From: Octopus bimaculoides
Lineage: Eukaryota
Length of the DNA: 37,312 bases
Assembly: GCF_001194135.2 (NCBI RefSeq)
Contig: NC_068988.1
Location: 48,510,251 to 48,547,562 of the forward strand
Direction of reading: 5' to 3'
Shown: positions 1 to 11,803 of the stretch, piece by piece
How the letters are laid out: every line of letters begins with the position of its first letter
How positions within the stretch are numbered: position 1 is the first letter of the stretch
The notes under the pieces: model-generated
The model's input: the letters and a program-made list of their open reading frames with translations, nothing else
The model's database searches: none
Told to the model about the DNA's origin: nothing
Position numbers and translations under genes: made by a program

Positions 1-37
<37 letters not shown>
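1..37. repeat. (TA)n microsatellite
   Basis: Pure TA dinucleotide run at the window start. Confidence 0.98.
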
Positions 38-39
<2 letters not shown>

Positions 40-205
40 CGCAGGAGTGGTTGTGTGGTAAGTAGCTTACTTACTAACCACATGGTTCCGGATTAAGTCC
101 CACTGCATGGAATCTTGGGCAAGTGTCTTCTACTGTAACCTCGGGCCGACCAAAACCTTGTGAGTGGATTTGTTAGACGGAAACTGAAAGAAACACGTCG
201 TATGT
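38..205 (+). mobile_element. tRNA-derived SINE, family 1 (5' half)
   Basis: Head GGCGCAGGAGTGGTTGTGTGGTAAGTAG...GGTTCCGG...CTTGGGCAAGTGTCTTCTACT...CCTTGTGAGTGGATT...GACGGAAACTGAAAGAA aligns along its length with the copy at 6201. It stops at the internal (TA)n tract. Confidence 0.85.
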
Positions 206-221
206 ATGTATATATATATAT

Positions 222-720
222 GGGAGAATATACGAAAAAACAACAACAGACGAGGACAGGTGGTGTAAATAACAAAATGATGTATTAGTATGACGCTCGG
301 GAATACGGAAAGTCTTTGACGTTTCGAGCTACGCTCTTCAACAGAAAGAATACGGAGACAAGGAGAAAAACACGGAGAAAAATTGAATAGTGTCCAGTCA
401 ACGGTCAATCATAATAATGGCTGATTATAACAATGGCTGACCGGAAGTTAGAAATTCTTTTTTCAGGAGAGCTAAGAAAAGGGGGAGATAACAAACGGTG
501 ATCGAAGAACAAGGGGATGTGTGTGGGAGATAGAATACTGGTGATCTTGACGTATGTAGTGTGAAAATGGGGAAGGGAGAAAGCACTTGGTCAAGGAATT
601 GGATGGGGTGGAGTAGGAAGGTAGAGTAGGAGTGTGTTGGGGTGTGGTGGGATGAGCTTATGAGGGGGTGTTGACGATGAAGGGGGAAGGATGGACATAT
701 ATACTATGTGTGTAAGTATA
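222..720 (-). mobile_element. Probable Penelope-like element terminal/UTR fragment
   Basis: Begins in the TA tract, carries a hammerhead-like motif (313-349, -) and is pyrimidine/C-rich on the minus strand upstream of it. No RT or GIY-YIG coding sequence is visible, so the assignment is an inference. Confidence 0.4.
313..349 (-). ncRNA. Minimal type I hammerhead-ribozyme-like motif, variant core
   Basis: Minus strand reads TCTTT CTGTTGA A GAG CGTAG CTC GAAA CG TC AAAGA. This gives a 5-bp stem I (UCUUU/AAAGA), a 3-bp stem II, GAAA, a palindromic ACGU helix III and a GUC cleavage triplet. The core is CUGUUGA instead of CUGANGA. Confidence 0.45.
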
Positions 721-855
721 TGTATGTCTGTGATTGCGTATATGTACGTGCGTTCTGGTGAATGTGTATGTGTTGCACATACCTACAAACGCATATGCAA
801 ATGTATTCATACATAAAAGTCGAAATTCACACATATACCCATATATATATATATA

Positions 856-1817
856 NNNNNNNNNNNNNNNNNNNNNNNNNNNNNNNNNNNNNNNNNNNNN
901 NNNNNNNNNNNNNNNNNNNNNNNNNNNNNNNNNNNNNNNNNNNNNNNNNNNNNNNNNNNNNNNNNNNNNNNNNNNNNNNNNNNNNNNNNNNNNNNNNNNN
1001 NNNNNNNNNNNNNNNNNNNNNNNNNNNNNNNNNNNNNNNNNNNNNNNNNNNNNNNNNNNNNNNNNNNNNNNNNNNNNNNNNNNNNNNNNNNNNNNNNNNN
1101 NNNNNNNNNNNNNNNNNNNNNNNNNNNNNNNNNNNNNNNNNNNNNNNNNNNNNNNNNNNNNNNNNNNNNNNNNNNNNNNNNNNNNNNNNNNNNNNNNNNN
1201 NNNNNNNNNNNNNNNNNNNNNNNNNNNNNNNNNNNNNNNNNNNNNNNNNNNNNNNNNNNNNNNNNNNNNNNNNNNNNNNNNNNNNNNNNNNNNNNNNNNN
1301 NNNNNNNNNNNNNNNNNNNNNNNNNNNNNNNNNNNNNNNNNNNNNNNNNNNNNNNNNNNNNNNNNNNNNNNNNNNNNNNNNNNNNNNNNNNNNNNNNNNN
1401 NNNNNNNNNNNNNNNNNNNNNNNNNNNNNNNNNNNNNNNNNNNNNNNNNNNNNNNNNNNNNNNNNNNNNNNNNNNNNNNNNNNNNNNNNNNNNNNNNNNN
1501 NNNNNNNNNNNNNNNNNNNNNNNNNNNNNNNNNNNNNNNNNNNNNNNNNNNNNNNNNNNNNNNNNNNNNNNNNNNNNNNNNNNNNNNNNNNNNNNNNNNN
1601 NNNNNNNNNNNNNNNNNNNNNNNNNNNNNNNNNNNNNNNNNNNNNNNNNNNNNNNNNNNNNNNNNNNNNNNNNNNNNNNNNNNNNNNNNNNNNNNNNNNN
1701 NNNNNNNNNNNNNNNNNNNNNNNNNNNNNNNNNNNNNNNNNNNNNNNNNNNNNNNNNNNNNNNNNNNNNNNNNNNNNNNNNNNNNNNNNNNNNNNNNNNN
1801 NNNNNNNNNNNNNNNNN
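856..1817. other. Assembly gap (N)
   Basis: Run of N; (TA)n on the left. Confidence 0.99.
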
Positions 1818-2019
1818 TAATCTTTTATTCCTTCTGTTTTTCTGTATATTTTATTTCCTTTACATCTTTTCCGTTACATGTCTTCACCATTTATTTATGT
1901 ATTTATTTTTCAATTAAAAACCAAATTGATTTTCCCATCTTATATACCCATCGTTGATTTCTCTCGTTGGGGACATTACATTTCTTTCGTAACTACTCTT
2001 CTCCTATCGCTTTCACTCT

Positions 2020-2784
2020 CTTTCAGTTTATCACACTTTCACACACACACTCACGTACACTTGCACACAAACACTTGCACACACACACACGGGCGCGCAC
2101 ACACACACACTCACGCAGGCACACAAACTTGCATATACATTGCCACCTATATAACACTTATAAAACGTACTCTCACATACAAACTCATATACGCAAATGC
2201 ACGAACTTACACAGGTGAACAAAGGCTAGCTCATAAATCGCGCTCGCACACGCGTGCATGCAGACGTACACACATATCTGTATATATACATACATACAGT
2301 CATTCATACATACATAAAAGTAAAACCCACATACATTCATACATATATACATTCATAAATACATACGTACGTACATACATAGAGAAAACTACAAACATAA
2401 ATACATACAATCATACGGGTACATACATACAGTCATACTTACAAAGATGTACATACATACATACATACATACATACATACATAATGGTATGTACACATAC
2501 ATAATACGATATACACAGAGACATTTTCACGTCTGCGCAGTAAAACATTCTACGCACTCTCAGATCTTTGTCTTTCTCTTCATTTATTTATTCATTGAAT
2601 TATTTATCAATTTATTTATTCATTTATTTATTTATTTATTCGTTTATTCTTTTATTAATTTATTTATTCATTTATTGTCATCTCGTTTTCTCTGCCTCTT
2701 CCAGTCAGCATTACAATCTCGTCTTTGAGTTTCTCTGTTGCGATCTTTCAATAACACGCACTCGCGCACGCATAGACACACACA

Positions 2785-2818
<34 letters not shown>

Positions 2819-3181
2819 ATGAAAGAAAGTTACACATACACACATACACCTAGACATACCTATACGCACCCAATCACGTTTTCTTATTCATTGGTGTTCT
2901 CTTTAAAACACCGTACAAATCACAAATTCATTCGCAAGCACTCACTTTCTTTCAGTAAAGCTCTTTCCACATACATGCGCGTGCGCACAAATACATTCTC
3001 TCTCACTATCTCTCTCACTGCCTCTGACCCCTCTCTACCCTTTATCTTACATTCTTTCTCTCTCTTTGTCCTCCCTTGCATTTTATTTACACACACATGT
3101 AATCTCTCCCTTCTACACGTGCTCTCTTTCAAGCACACACGCGCACACACAGGCTCACTTATACACATACGCGCACACGCA

Positions 3182-3221
<40 letters not shown>

Positions 3222-3426
3222 GTGTGTCTCTTGGGCACACATATATACACAGTTTGTCTCTCTCACGCACGTTCTCTTTCACTATCAAACACATTCTCTG
3301 TTGCACGCAGACACAAACTCAAACACTGATTCACTACCCTCTTGCTCGTTCTTTTACAGACCCTTTCTTTTACTCTCTCTCTCTCTCTTTCACGCACACA
3401 CTCTCTCTCTCTCTCTTTCCCTGCCT

Positions 3427-3464
<38 letters not shown>

Positions 3465-3485
3465 CCTGCCTCTCTTTCTCTCTCT
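2020..3485. repeat. Mosaic of (CA)n, (TACA)n, (ATTT)n and (CT)n simple repeats
   Basis: Read directly, e.g. (TACA)n ~2450-2482, (ATTT)n-like ~2580-2675, (CA)n 2775-2818 and 3186-3218, (CT)n 3375-3484. Confidence 0.95.
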
Positions 3486-4124
3486 GAAAATACAACTACA
3501 GTTTTACAAGAACCAGTTTTACAAATACATGTCCTCTACTACACGCTTAACATAAACCATCTTCTACGCCCTCTACTACCCTCAGCACCACCACCACCAC
3601 TATCACTACCACACTATCTCTTCCGACCCGTCATTGTCAGATGCCTTAATTGGCTGCCCACAAACTAACTTTGCAATTCCAACACATTCCACAATGCATG
3701 AATGACCGAATGAACGCATCACATCGTTATACTGTTGTTGGTTGGTCGGCTAGTTGGCTGGCCTGGTTGCTTAGACCCTTAAGGGCTCTCTCTTCACCCC
3801 ACTCCCACCCCATCTACAAAGAACACATTTCTAGAAGCAACTCTTTCAGCATACCATCGTTGACATAACTAAACAACAGTGGTAGGGAAACCACTTCTCA
3901 TTAAAGACGAAGGCTTCAGAATTCATTGAAGCATGTCCGATTTTCTTGGACGTGCCTTTAATGATAGATGAGAGATTTGGTGAAATCGGTCAATGTGTTT
4001 GCCCCATAGCCACTCAGAAAAATACAAAATATAAATAAGCAATACAAATTATTGATTAGGCGTTGCTTACTCCGAGTTTCATGCCTTAATTAGCGATGAA
4101 GCTCTAACGTATAATTAATAGTTT

Positions 4125-4549
4125 NNNNNNNNNNNNNNNNNNNNNNNNNNNNNNNNNNNNNNNNNNNNNNNNNNNNNNNNNNNNNNNNNNNNNNNNNNNN
4201 NNNNNNNNNNNNNNNNNNNNNNNNNNNNNNNNNNNNNNNNNNNNNNNNNNNNNNNNNNNNNNNNNNNNNNNNNNNNNNNNNNNNNNNNNNNNNNNNNNNN
4301 NNNNNNNNNNNNNNNNNNNNNNNNNNNNNNNNNNNNNNNNNNNNNNNNNNNNNNNNNNNNNNNNNNNNNNNNNNNNNNNNNNNNNNNNNNNNNNNNNNNN
4401 NNNNNNNNNNNNNNNNNNNNNNNNNNNNNNNNNNNNNNNNNNNNNNNNNNNNNNNNNNNNNNNNNNNNNNNNNNNNNNNNNNNNNNNNNNNNNNNNNNNN
4501 NNNNNNNNNNNNNNNNNNNNNNNNNNNNNNNNNNNNNNNNNNNNNNNNN
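4125..4549. other. Assembly gap (N)
   Basis: Run of N; (TA)n on the right. Confidence 0.99.
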
Positions 4550-4590
<41 letters not shown>

Positions 4591-4939
4591 CTATGTATGT
4601 ACCCATATGTGTATGTGTGTGTGCGTGCGTACGCCTGCGTGCGTACGCCTGTGTGCGTGTATGTGTAATAATGTATTATAATATTATCTCACATACGCTA
4701 GTGAATGACAGGGTCAGTGGAAACTTGTTCAAAATAATATCCCGTTTTTGAAGCTCCTGCCGTTGCTGCTGTCGTTATTTTCCCACAAAACCAGCACTGA
4801 CTAGAGCTAGTTCATGTCAGCTAACAAGTATTGGTAGACCAGAATTATATAAACTGATCTGGTGCTTTTTCTTATTCACCGCAGTAAGTGGTGATTTAAG
4901 GACTATTTTACTGCTGTTTCTTGCAGGTTGAGTACACTC

Positions 4940-5060
4940 TTTTGAGACGCATTTACGAACCTATTATGTTCTGAGTTCAATTCCTGAGGAAATTTGACTT
5001 TGCATTTCTTCTTTCCGAGGCCAGTTAAACAAGTTTCCGAGAGCTGTGGTTTGATCTGTT
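4940..5060 (+). mobile_element. Degenerate SINE family 2 fragment
   Basis: GTTCTGAGTTCAATTCC...GACTTTGCATTTC resembles the B-box/core of the copy at 26168-26388. Confidence 0.55.
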
Positions 5061-5124
5061 CTACTATACCTTCTACAGCATTGACAACATTCTATTAGCT
5101 AGCATATAACTTTTGATATCTTTG

Positions 5125-5335
5125 AATGTAGTAAAGCGTGGGAAAAACGCTTAACGGCATTTCATCTGTTATTGCATTCTTAGTTCAAATTCCGTTGCGG
5201 TCGACTTTGCCTTTCATCCATTTCGGAGTCGCTAAAATAAGTTCCAATTGAGCACTGGGGTCGATGTAACCAACTAAACCCCCTTCCCTTCCCCGAACTT
5301 ACTGCTTTTGAGCCAAAATTTGAAACCAATACCTT
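5125..5335 (+). mobile_element. SINE family 2 copy
   Basis: AGTTCAAATTCC...GGTCGACTTTGCCTTTCATCC...GAGCACTGGGGTCGATGTAA...AAATTTGAAACCAAT; same modules as the reverse complement of 26168-26388. Confidence 0.8.
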
Positions 5336-5342
5336 TGAATAT

Positions 5343-5555
5343 AGCGCCCTATTATGGTCACCGTCTAATGACTGAAAAATAATCTACCAAACATTTAAAT
5401 GTAGTGCCCACTATGATCACTGAAGTATAATCTTTCATAAATTAAAATACAGTGCTTCAGCATGGCCGCAGTCTGAACACTGAAAATATGAAATACTAAA
5501 TATTTAAGTGTTGTGTCCATTTATGGCCACAGTCTAATCACTGAAACCAGTAAAA
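5343..5555 (+). repeat. Four tandem degenerate SINE 3'-end modules
   Basis: Units at ~5343, 5403, 5451 and 5513 resemble GTGCCCCAGCATGGCCGC...ACTGAAACAAGTAAAA, the 3' end of the SINE at 6201-6605. Confidence 0.7.
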
Positions 5556-5739
5556 TAATTCGGCTTCATTTCCTGACTGTTTATTTTGTTTTAGCTTTCC
5601 CGGCTATGTATTGTTATAAGATAAGAGTATCATATCCTGCTCTGCAACCTATAACAGTTTATTACAAACTAGATATCAATGAACAATATTACAATGAAAA
5701 AGACTATTCTCTGCATAATGTTCCTTTTTCTCCATCCTA

Positions 5740-6110
5740 ATCATCATCACGACAAACACCATCGTTTTATCTTTCTCTTAGCATCATAACCATCATTCAT
5801 ATCGCTCATCAGCCACAACATCACCATCACCATCATCATTACCAACAGCAGTAACACTGCAAACCACGCTGCACACCACTCTACCATCAGCATACTATAA
5901 CCATCGTTTTATTATCACTAACTCGAGGGTCATTATCAACAGCTCCACCATCACTACCACCATCACCAAAACAAAAAATAACATTATCATCATTACAACC
6001 ATCAGTTCCATTATGAACATAACCACTATTTCACCATCAACACTACCAGCAGCACTTCGATAATTATAATCATAATCACCATCATCACCAGTGTTTCTAT
6101 CCAGGCGATT
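5740..6110. repeat. Degenerate (ATC/ACC)n trinucleotide tract
   Basis: CATCATCAC/ACCATCACC-type low-complexity sequence. Confidence 0.85.
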
Positions 6111-6200
6111 CAATTTCTTTCCAACACCGTAGCATTTCATGCGAGCGACCATTGGCTGCTATAAATGATCATTTTTTTTCATTATAAAAATGGGTAACTA

Positions 6201-6605
6201 TACGCAGGAGTGGCTGTGTGGTAAGTAGCTTGCTTACGAACCACATGGTTCCGGGTGTAGTCCCACTGTGTAGCACCGTGGGCAAGTGTCTTCTACTATA
6301 GCCTCGGGCAGACCAAAGCCTTGTGAGTGGATTGGGTAGACGGAGCTGAAAGAATCTCGTCATATATATATGTATGTGTGTGTCTGTCTGTCTGCGTTTA
6401 TCCCCCCAAAATCGCTTGACAACTGATGCTGGTGTGTTTACGTCCCCGTAACTTAGCGGTTTGGCCAAATAGAACGATAGAATAAGTACTAGGCTTTCAA
6501 AAAATGAGTTCTGGGGTCGATTTGCTAGACTAAAGGTGGTGCCCCAGCATGGCCGCAAACAACTGACTGAAACAAGTAAAAGAATAAAAGAATAAAAGAA
6601 TAAAA
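6201..6605 (+). mobile_element. tRNA-derived SINE, family 1, full length
   Basis: Pol III-like head, conserved core, internal TA/TG microsatellite, 3' module ...CTGGGGTCGATTTGCTAGACTAAAGGTGGTGCCCCAGCATGGCCGC...ACTGAAACAAGT and an (AAAAGAAT)n tail. Confidence 0.9.
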
Positions 6606-6614
6606 TAATATACG

Positions 6615-7026
6615 CATAAGTAATGTAACGTTTTAAATGAAAGACAACACGAAGGCCAACAACAACTTCTCGTTTAATGTAGACCTCCAATTCTGTAACA
6701 CAAACAACTGCCTTCGAAATTATACACCGCTCTACCGATCAGAATTTAAGTTCAGAAATGCGTCATACCCCACCCCTTTGAGGAATATAACCATCACAGA
6801 TACATGGGTATTAAACCACAGAAAGAACAACAGTCGATTCAGTTTCTTTCTAACACGGTAAGGTTTCATGCGAGGGAAATTTTCTGCTATGAATGATGAT
6901 TTTTCAACTATAAACATAAGTAACGTAACATTTTCAATGAAAGACAATATGATGGCCAACAACAGCTTCTCATTTAATGTGGACGCGCAATTATTCCGTA
7001 ACACGAAACACTGCTTTAGAAATTAT
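6615..7026 (+). repeat. ~110-bp direct repeat (6615-6723 and 6915-7026) at the mariner 5' end
   Basis: CATAAGTAATGTAACGTTTTAAATGAAAGACAACACGAAGGCCAACAACAACTTCTC... versus CATAAGTAACGTAACATTTTCAATGAAAGACAATATGATGGCCAACAACAGCTTCTC...; 300-bp offset, roughly 80% identical by eye. Confidence 0.85.
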
Positions 7027-7125
7027 GCTTTTGTAACTGTCTGATAAAATACAGACATAGACTTGCCTAAATGCATCAATGAATTAACATTGATATCTTT
7101 TTCACCGCTGTTACAATAATCTGAA

Positions 7126-8150
7126 ATGGAACTCTCAAAGCGCGATTTTCGAGCAATTTTGCTATTCAACTCCAAAAAGGAAGTAAAGCAGCTGAAACTG
7201 CTCGCAATATCAACGACACTTTTGCTGAAGAAATGACCAGTGAGTGGTCTTCTAGGAAATAGTTAAAACGATTTCGCCGTGGAGACCTGAACTTTAAAGA
7301 TCGTGAGCGTAGTGGACGCCCATCTATCATAGATGACGGTTAATTAAAGACCTTCATTGAGAAGGATCCACGTAAAACCACTTGAGAACTGACAAAAGAA
7401 CTTCAAGTTAGCCATAAAACTGCCTACAACCATTTGCATACTAATGGAAATTCAAAAGCGCTCGACAAATGGGAACCACACGATTTGAATGAAAATCAGA
7501 AAATGCGCTGATATGAAATTTGCCCGTCGCTTATTCTCCGTAACCAGACCGACGCTTTTCTCGACCGTATTGTCCCTTGCAATGAAAAATGGATTCTGTA
7601 CAATAATAAAAAAAACGTTCTTCGCAGGGGTTGGACCTAAATGAAACCCTTCCCTAAACCCGAGCTCTTCAAAATGAAATTGATGGCGACTCTTTGGTGC
7701 TGTACCGCTAGATTCATCAACTATAACTTCTTAAAACCCAGAAAAACCATTACTGCAGAAACATATTGCCATGAAATTGCCAAAATGAACGAAAAACTAC
7801 CAACATCCGTCCCAGACTGGTCAGCAGAAGAGGGTCAATCATTCTTCATCACAATGTTCAACCACACGTTTCACCAATGACACCCCAGAAATTTAGGGAA
7901 CTTAGCTAGGAAGTTCTTCCACACTGAGCTTATTCTCCGGACCCCTTTCTTCTACAGACTAACACTTTTTCAAGCACACCCTGGTGGTTTTCTGCAAGAG
8001 AAGGAGTTCAAAAATCATACCGCTGCTGAAAGTGCATTGAAAGAGTTCATTAGGTCCAGAACTCTACATTTTTCTGTTACCGGAATGAAAAAGCTTGTAA
8101 CTCGTTGGCAAAATTGTGTTGATTGTAATGGTACTTACTTTGATGACTAA
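7126..8150 (+). pseudogene. Mariner transposase pseudogene
   Basis: Across frameshifts and stops: MELSKRDFRAILLF...SKAAETARNINDTF...RSGRP (HTH), WEPHDL (WVPHEL), IVPCNEKWILYNN, LHHNVQPH, YSPDP, KLVTRWQNCVDCNGTYFDD*. The first two catalytic Asp positions read N and H. Confidence 0.95.
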
Positions 8151-8314
8151 CATTTCCACATTGTTGAAATATATTGTGATGAATTTCATGTTTTAAAACG
8201 TTGCATATTTCTTACTCGGCGTGGTAGATAAAAACAGTTCGTTGCAATACGATTGCCTGGTTTTATATTCTGAAAGTTAACTGTTGTGGTGAGCACAATT
8301 GTTCTGAGCATGCT

Positions 8315-8410
8315 TGTATGTATGCATGCATGTATGTATGTATGTATGTATGTAGGTAGGTAGGTAGGTAAGTAGGTAGGTAGGTAGGTAGGTAGGTAGG
8401 TAGGTATGCA
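8315..8410. repeat. (TATG)n/(TAGG)n compound microsatellite
   Basis: Read directly. Confidence 0.95.
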
Positions 8411-8626
8411 TGTATGTTTATTCCACATACATACACACACATATCGAAGGGTAAGAAAATATAAAATGCATGAAGAATAATGAGAATTTCAATAAATAAA
8501 ATATAAAGCGTACAATGTACACATAAACGTGTAGGTATATGTGTGTGTGCGTGTGTGTGTATATGTGTGTGTGCGTACATATGTAATCTGCATATACATA
8601 CATACACACACACACACACATATATA

Positions 8627-8839
8627 NNNNNNNNNNNNNNNNNNNNNNNNNNNNNNNNNNNNNNNNNNNNNNNNNNNNNNNNNNNNNNNNNNNNNNNNNN
8701 NNNNNNNNNNNNNNNNNNNNNNNNNNNNNNNNNNNNNNNNNNNNNNNNNNNNNNNNNNNNNNNNNNNNNNNNNNNNNNNNNNNNNNNNNNNNNNNNNNNN
8801 NNNNNNNNNNNNNNNNNNNNNNNNNNNNNNNNNNNNNNN
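8627..8839. other. Assembly gap (N)
   Basis: Run of N; (CA)/(TA) on the left. Confidence 0.99.
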
Positions 8840-8949
8840 GAGCGAAAATTGAAATTCTACTCGGGCAGAACATTTCAAATTCTAATGGAATTTTATCTTG
8901 ATGACATGTCAACTTTCTAGATCTTCATCTGCTTTTCTTTTCGTTCTTG

Positions 8950-9002
8950 TACCACCACCACTACCGCCGCCGCCACCGCCGCCGCCACCACCGCCTCTGC
9001 TG

Positions 9003-9058
<56 letters not shown>

Positions 9059-9455
9059 GGTGTTTCTGCTATTACTCCAGTTTCTGCTCCTTCCGCATAG
9101 TGAAAATTGTGGCTGTAGTTAGTTGCTTTTATTGCAGTCATCATTATCATAGTTATCAAAGTTATCATGTATATGTGTATTAACGTAACCAGCAATATAG
9201 TCACCAGGAACATCATTATCATCATCGTCTTCATCATCATCAACATAATCTATATACTTATCGTTATCATAGTCTTTTTTATCGTCGTCATCGTCATCAT
9301 CGAGCACCACCATCATAACAATTGCCGTCACTTTTATCATCGCTTTAATCTTCATCTTTACCGTCATCATCGTCGTCGTCGCCGTCGTTGTCGTCTTCGT
9401 CATCGTCATCAATATTTTCATCAACAAACATTCAGTCCTCATCAGCATCACTAAC
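8950..9455. repeat. Compound trinucleotide tract: (CCA/CCG)n, (CTA)n, degenerate (ATC/GTC)n
   Basis: Read directly; source of the poly-P/L/Y/V/D ORFs. Confidence 0.93.
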
Positions 9456-9699
9456 ATACATATAGGATGCGTTTTGAAACACTGAATCTCTCTATAGAAT
9501 CAGTTATAAGGTCCTCTAAGTTCTTGAAATAACACTCAGTGACGACAGAAACTTCAGCAACCTCTTGTTTTACTTGATCAATATTCACACACATAAAGCA
9601 TACTGTAGACCCTCATAGTAAAAGACTGTTAATAAAGAAACTGCAGTTGAACGCAATAATTTATAAGTATTTGTTAAATCTCACTCCGTTCACATCTTA

Positions 9700-11120
9700 C
9701 TGTATATGAAAGAAAAGGGCATTCTAAGGAAGATAGTCTTAGATATAATGCATCTGAAAAAATTATTGAGGTTGGTAAAGTCGGAATGCTGTTGGTGAAG
9801 GCTGTTTTGAGACTGATATCTACTCTACCCACACGAACCGATGAGGAAGTTTTCATGTAGGCAATTGTGTTGTTAGATATGGCAGACAAATCTCTTCCAC
9901 ATCACAAATTACAGTCTTGTGAAAATAGAAAACAAGTAACGCAATCCTGGCAGTCTGTATCGAAAACCAAAACGCAGATATATCACGGTTGGAAAGTACT
10001 CTGTGGTTGGTACGTCGAATTAGAGATAGGCTTGTAACGAACAACAATGACATCTGACAATTGCAAGTGTTGCTTTAATGTGCAATTTTTACTTCTCTTC
10101 TTATGACAAATTATAACCCATAAGAAACTGGACAGTTTTTTTTTTTTTAATAGCGAACTTCGAATCATCACTCTTGCACAATAACCGTGGATACAAAGGC
10201 AACAGAACAATAACTGAAAATTCGTGGGATAATGTTTGTTACTATAGTAATCTCTAACCCATGCCATTATCTGTTACTTCTTACATACTATTGTTAATGA
10301 ATAAAATCTTGGCTTTACAAAGTCACAAAGAGGAAGTAACTGAAACCCAGCAGCTGTTACTGATTACATAGCCCTTTTACCAAATACCATTGATCAAGCT
10401 CAAGATCTTCATAAATTGAATTCTCTTTTATGAAAATTAATCTGCAATTATATATGTTACCAAGACAGAGAACATGTCACTAAACCAAGAAGACCGAAAT
10501 CTTGTCACACTAGATACTAGTATGCTAGATCGAATGGATGAATTCGTATATCTGGCAGCTGGATAGGTTCATCAAAAAAAGGACATTGACATTATAATTA
10601 TTAAACCGTGGACTGTAACAGACGTTCTTGATTTGTGCTAATATAAGTGATTAGTTAAATAGTAGAACCATTGTGAGTAACAGTGAGATGTACCTGTCTT
10701 TAGATTTCCTTTTATTAATCTCTGTAAGTTCAGATTATGTGTATCATCATTGACTGGACATATATCTTCAAGACTGGCAACGTAAAAGAATATGCTTTCT
10801 CATGGGAATGCATAATAAATTCTGTTTAATTTGTCTGGGAAGAGAAGAATGGTACACCTATTCCTAGATAGAATAGTGATCTGTTGCTTGAAGACTTACT
10901 TGAAGAGTATTTGAACCCGTCACTGGAACCCCATGAATCTGTTATCCTTGTTATAGTGCTTCTTTTGTTTGTAAAGCGAAATCTAGCAATAACACGCTTT
11001 GAAAAACATTTAGTGTTGGATGGAATCGCAGAGACTCGGAAATTAATGTCGAATGACACGATAAGATCTGCTGACCTCCAGACAGTCGTCCAATATCAAT
11101 CAACACGACTACTCGTTCTC
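9700..11120 (+). mobile_element. Ancient RTE-clade LINE ORF2 relic
   Basis: Collinear degraded motifs: ENQNA..ESTLWLVRRI (~9962; NQNGFR..RST..LRRI), DYIALLPNTIDQAQ (~10362; FADDIALL), TKTENMSLNQ, DEFVYL(G)SWI (~10540), NDTIRSADLQTV (~11052; DT...DL.T.M.DR). The 5' boundary is uncertain. Confidence 0.7.
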
Positions 11121-11764
11121 TTTCCTATAATACAAAAATACCATCATACAAATCAATAAACATCAGCACCTACCAATATTGATAAAGACAAGTTAATACT
11201 TTAATAAAGTGAAGTTGATACTATATGAAAATAAAGTTAATACTTTGTTAATGACATGTAATTAAACATTAAATACATGTAATTAAATATTAAAAGAAGA
11301 CATCTTAATTCATTAATATATACTACATTAAAATCATATTATTGCAATACCAGCTTTCTAAGTGATAATAATTTTCAGGAAGCTACATATGCAATACATT
11401 TTCAATTCCTGCTCGAGCCATTTCATTCAAATCTTTCTTAGTACTTTTCTTTATGATTGAAAATTATGTCATCCAAACTCAATCTTTTGCATAACTGATG
11501 AGTGAGAAAAGAGACCAGGTCTTAAGCAACATGATGGCAAGAGCTAGAAATTAGTTCTTTTTTTCATTAAATGAAATAACTCATTTATTATGACCTGTTG
11601 GAGTCATTTCTAAAATACAGAAGCGGTTATCTAAATAGACCGAGATAATTAAATATTCCTATGTTTGAATGAGTATATGTGTATGGTTTTGTTTATATAA
11701 TTGAGCGTGCGCGCGCACACATACACAGACGTATATACATACACATGTATACATGTATATACAT

Positions 11765-11803
<39 letters not shown>

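Larger units (their letters stand above)
6615..8230 (+). mobile_element. Mariner (Tc1/mariner, DD34D) DNA transposon, inactive
   Basis: Contains the transposase relic. The 3' end ...TTTTAAAACGTTGCATATTTCTTACTC partly reverse-complements the start of both 5' repeat units. Boundaries are approximate. Confidence 0.8.

Noticed and set aside
570-700. G-quadruplex/promoter in the G-rich tract
   Set aside because: The G-runs are irregular and lie in a probable retroelement UTR, and there is no independent evidence.
5343-5555. CRISPR-like repeat-spacer array
   Set aside because: Units are degenerate SINE tails in a eukaryotic context, with no identical repeats and no cas genes.
7126-8150. Active or domesticated (SETMAR-like) mariner gene
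   Set aside because: Multiple stops and frameshifts, two catalytic Asp substitutions and no adjoining SET-domain exon.
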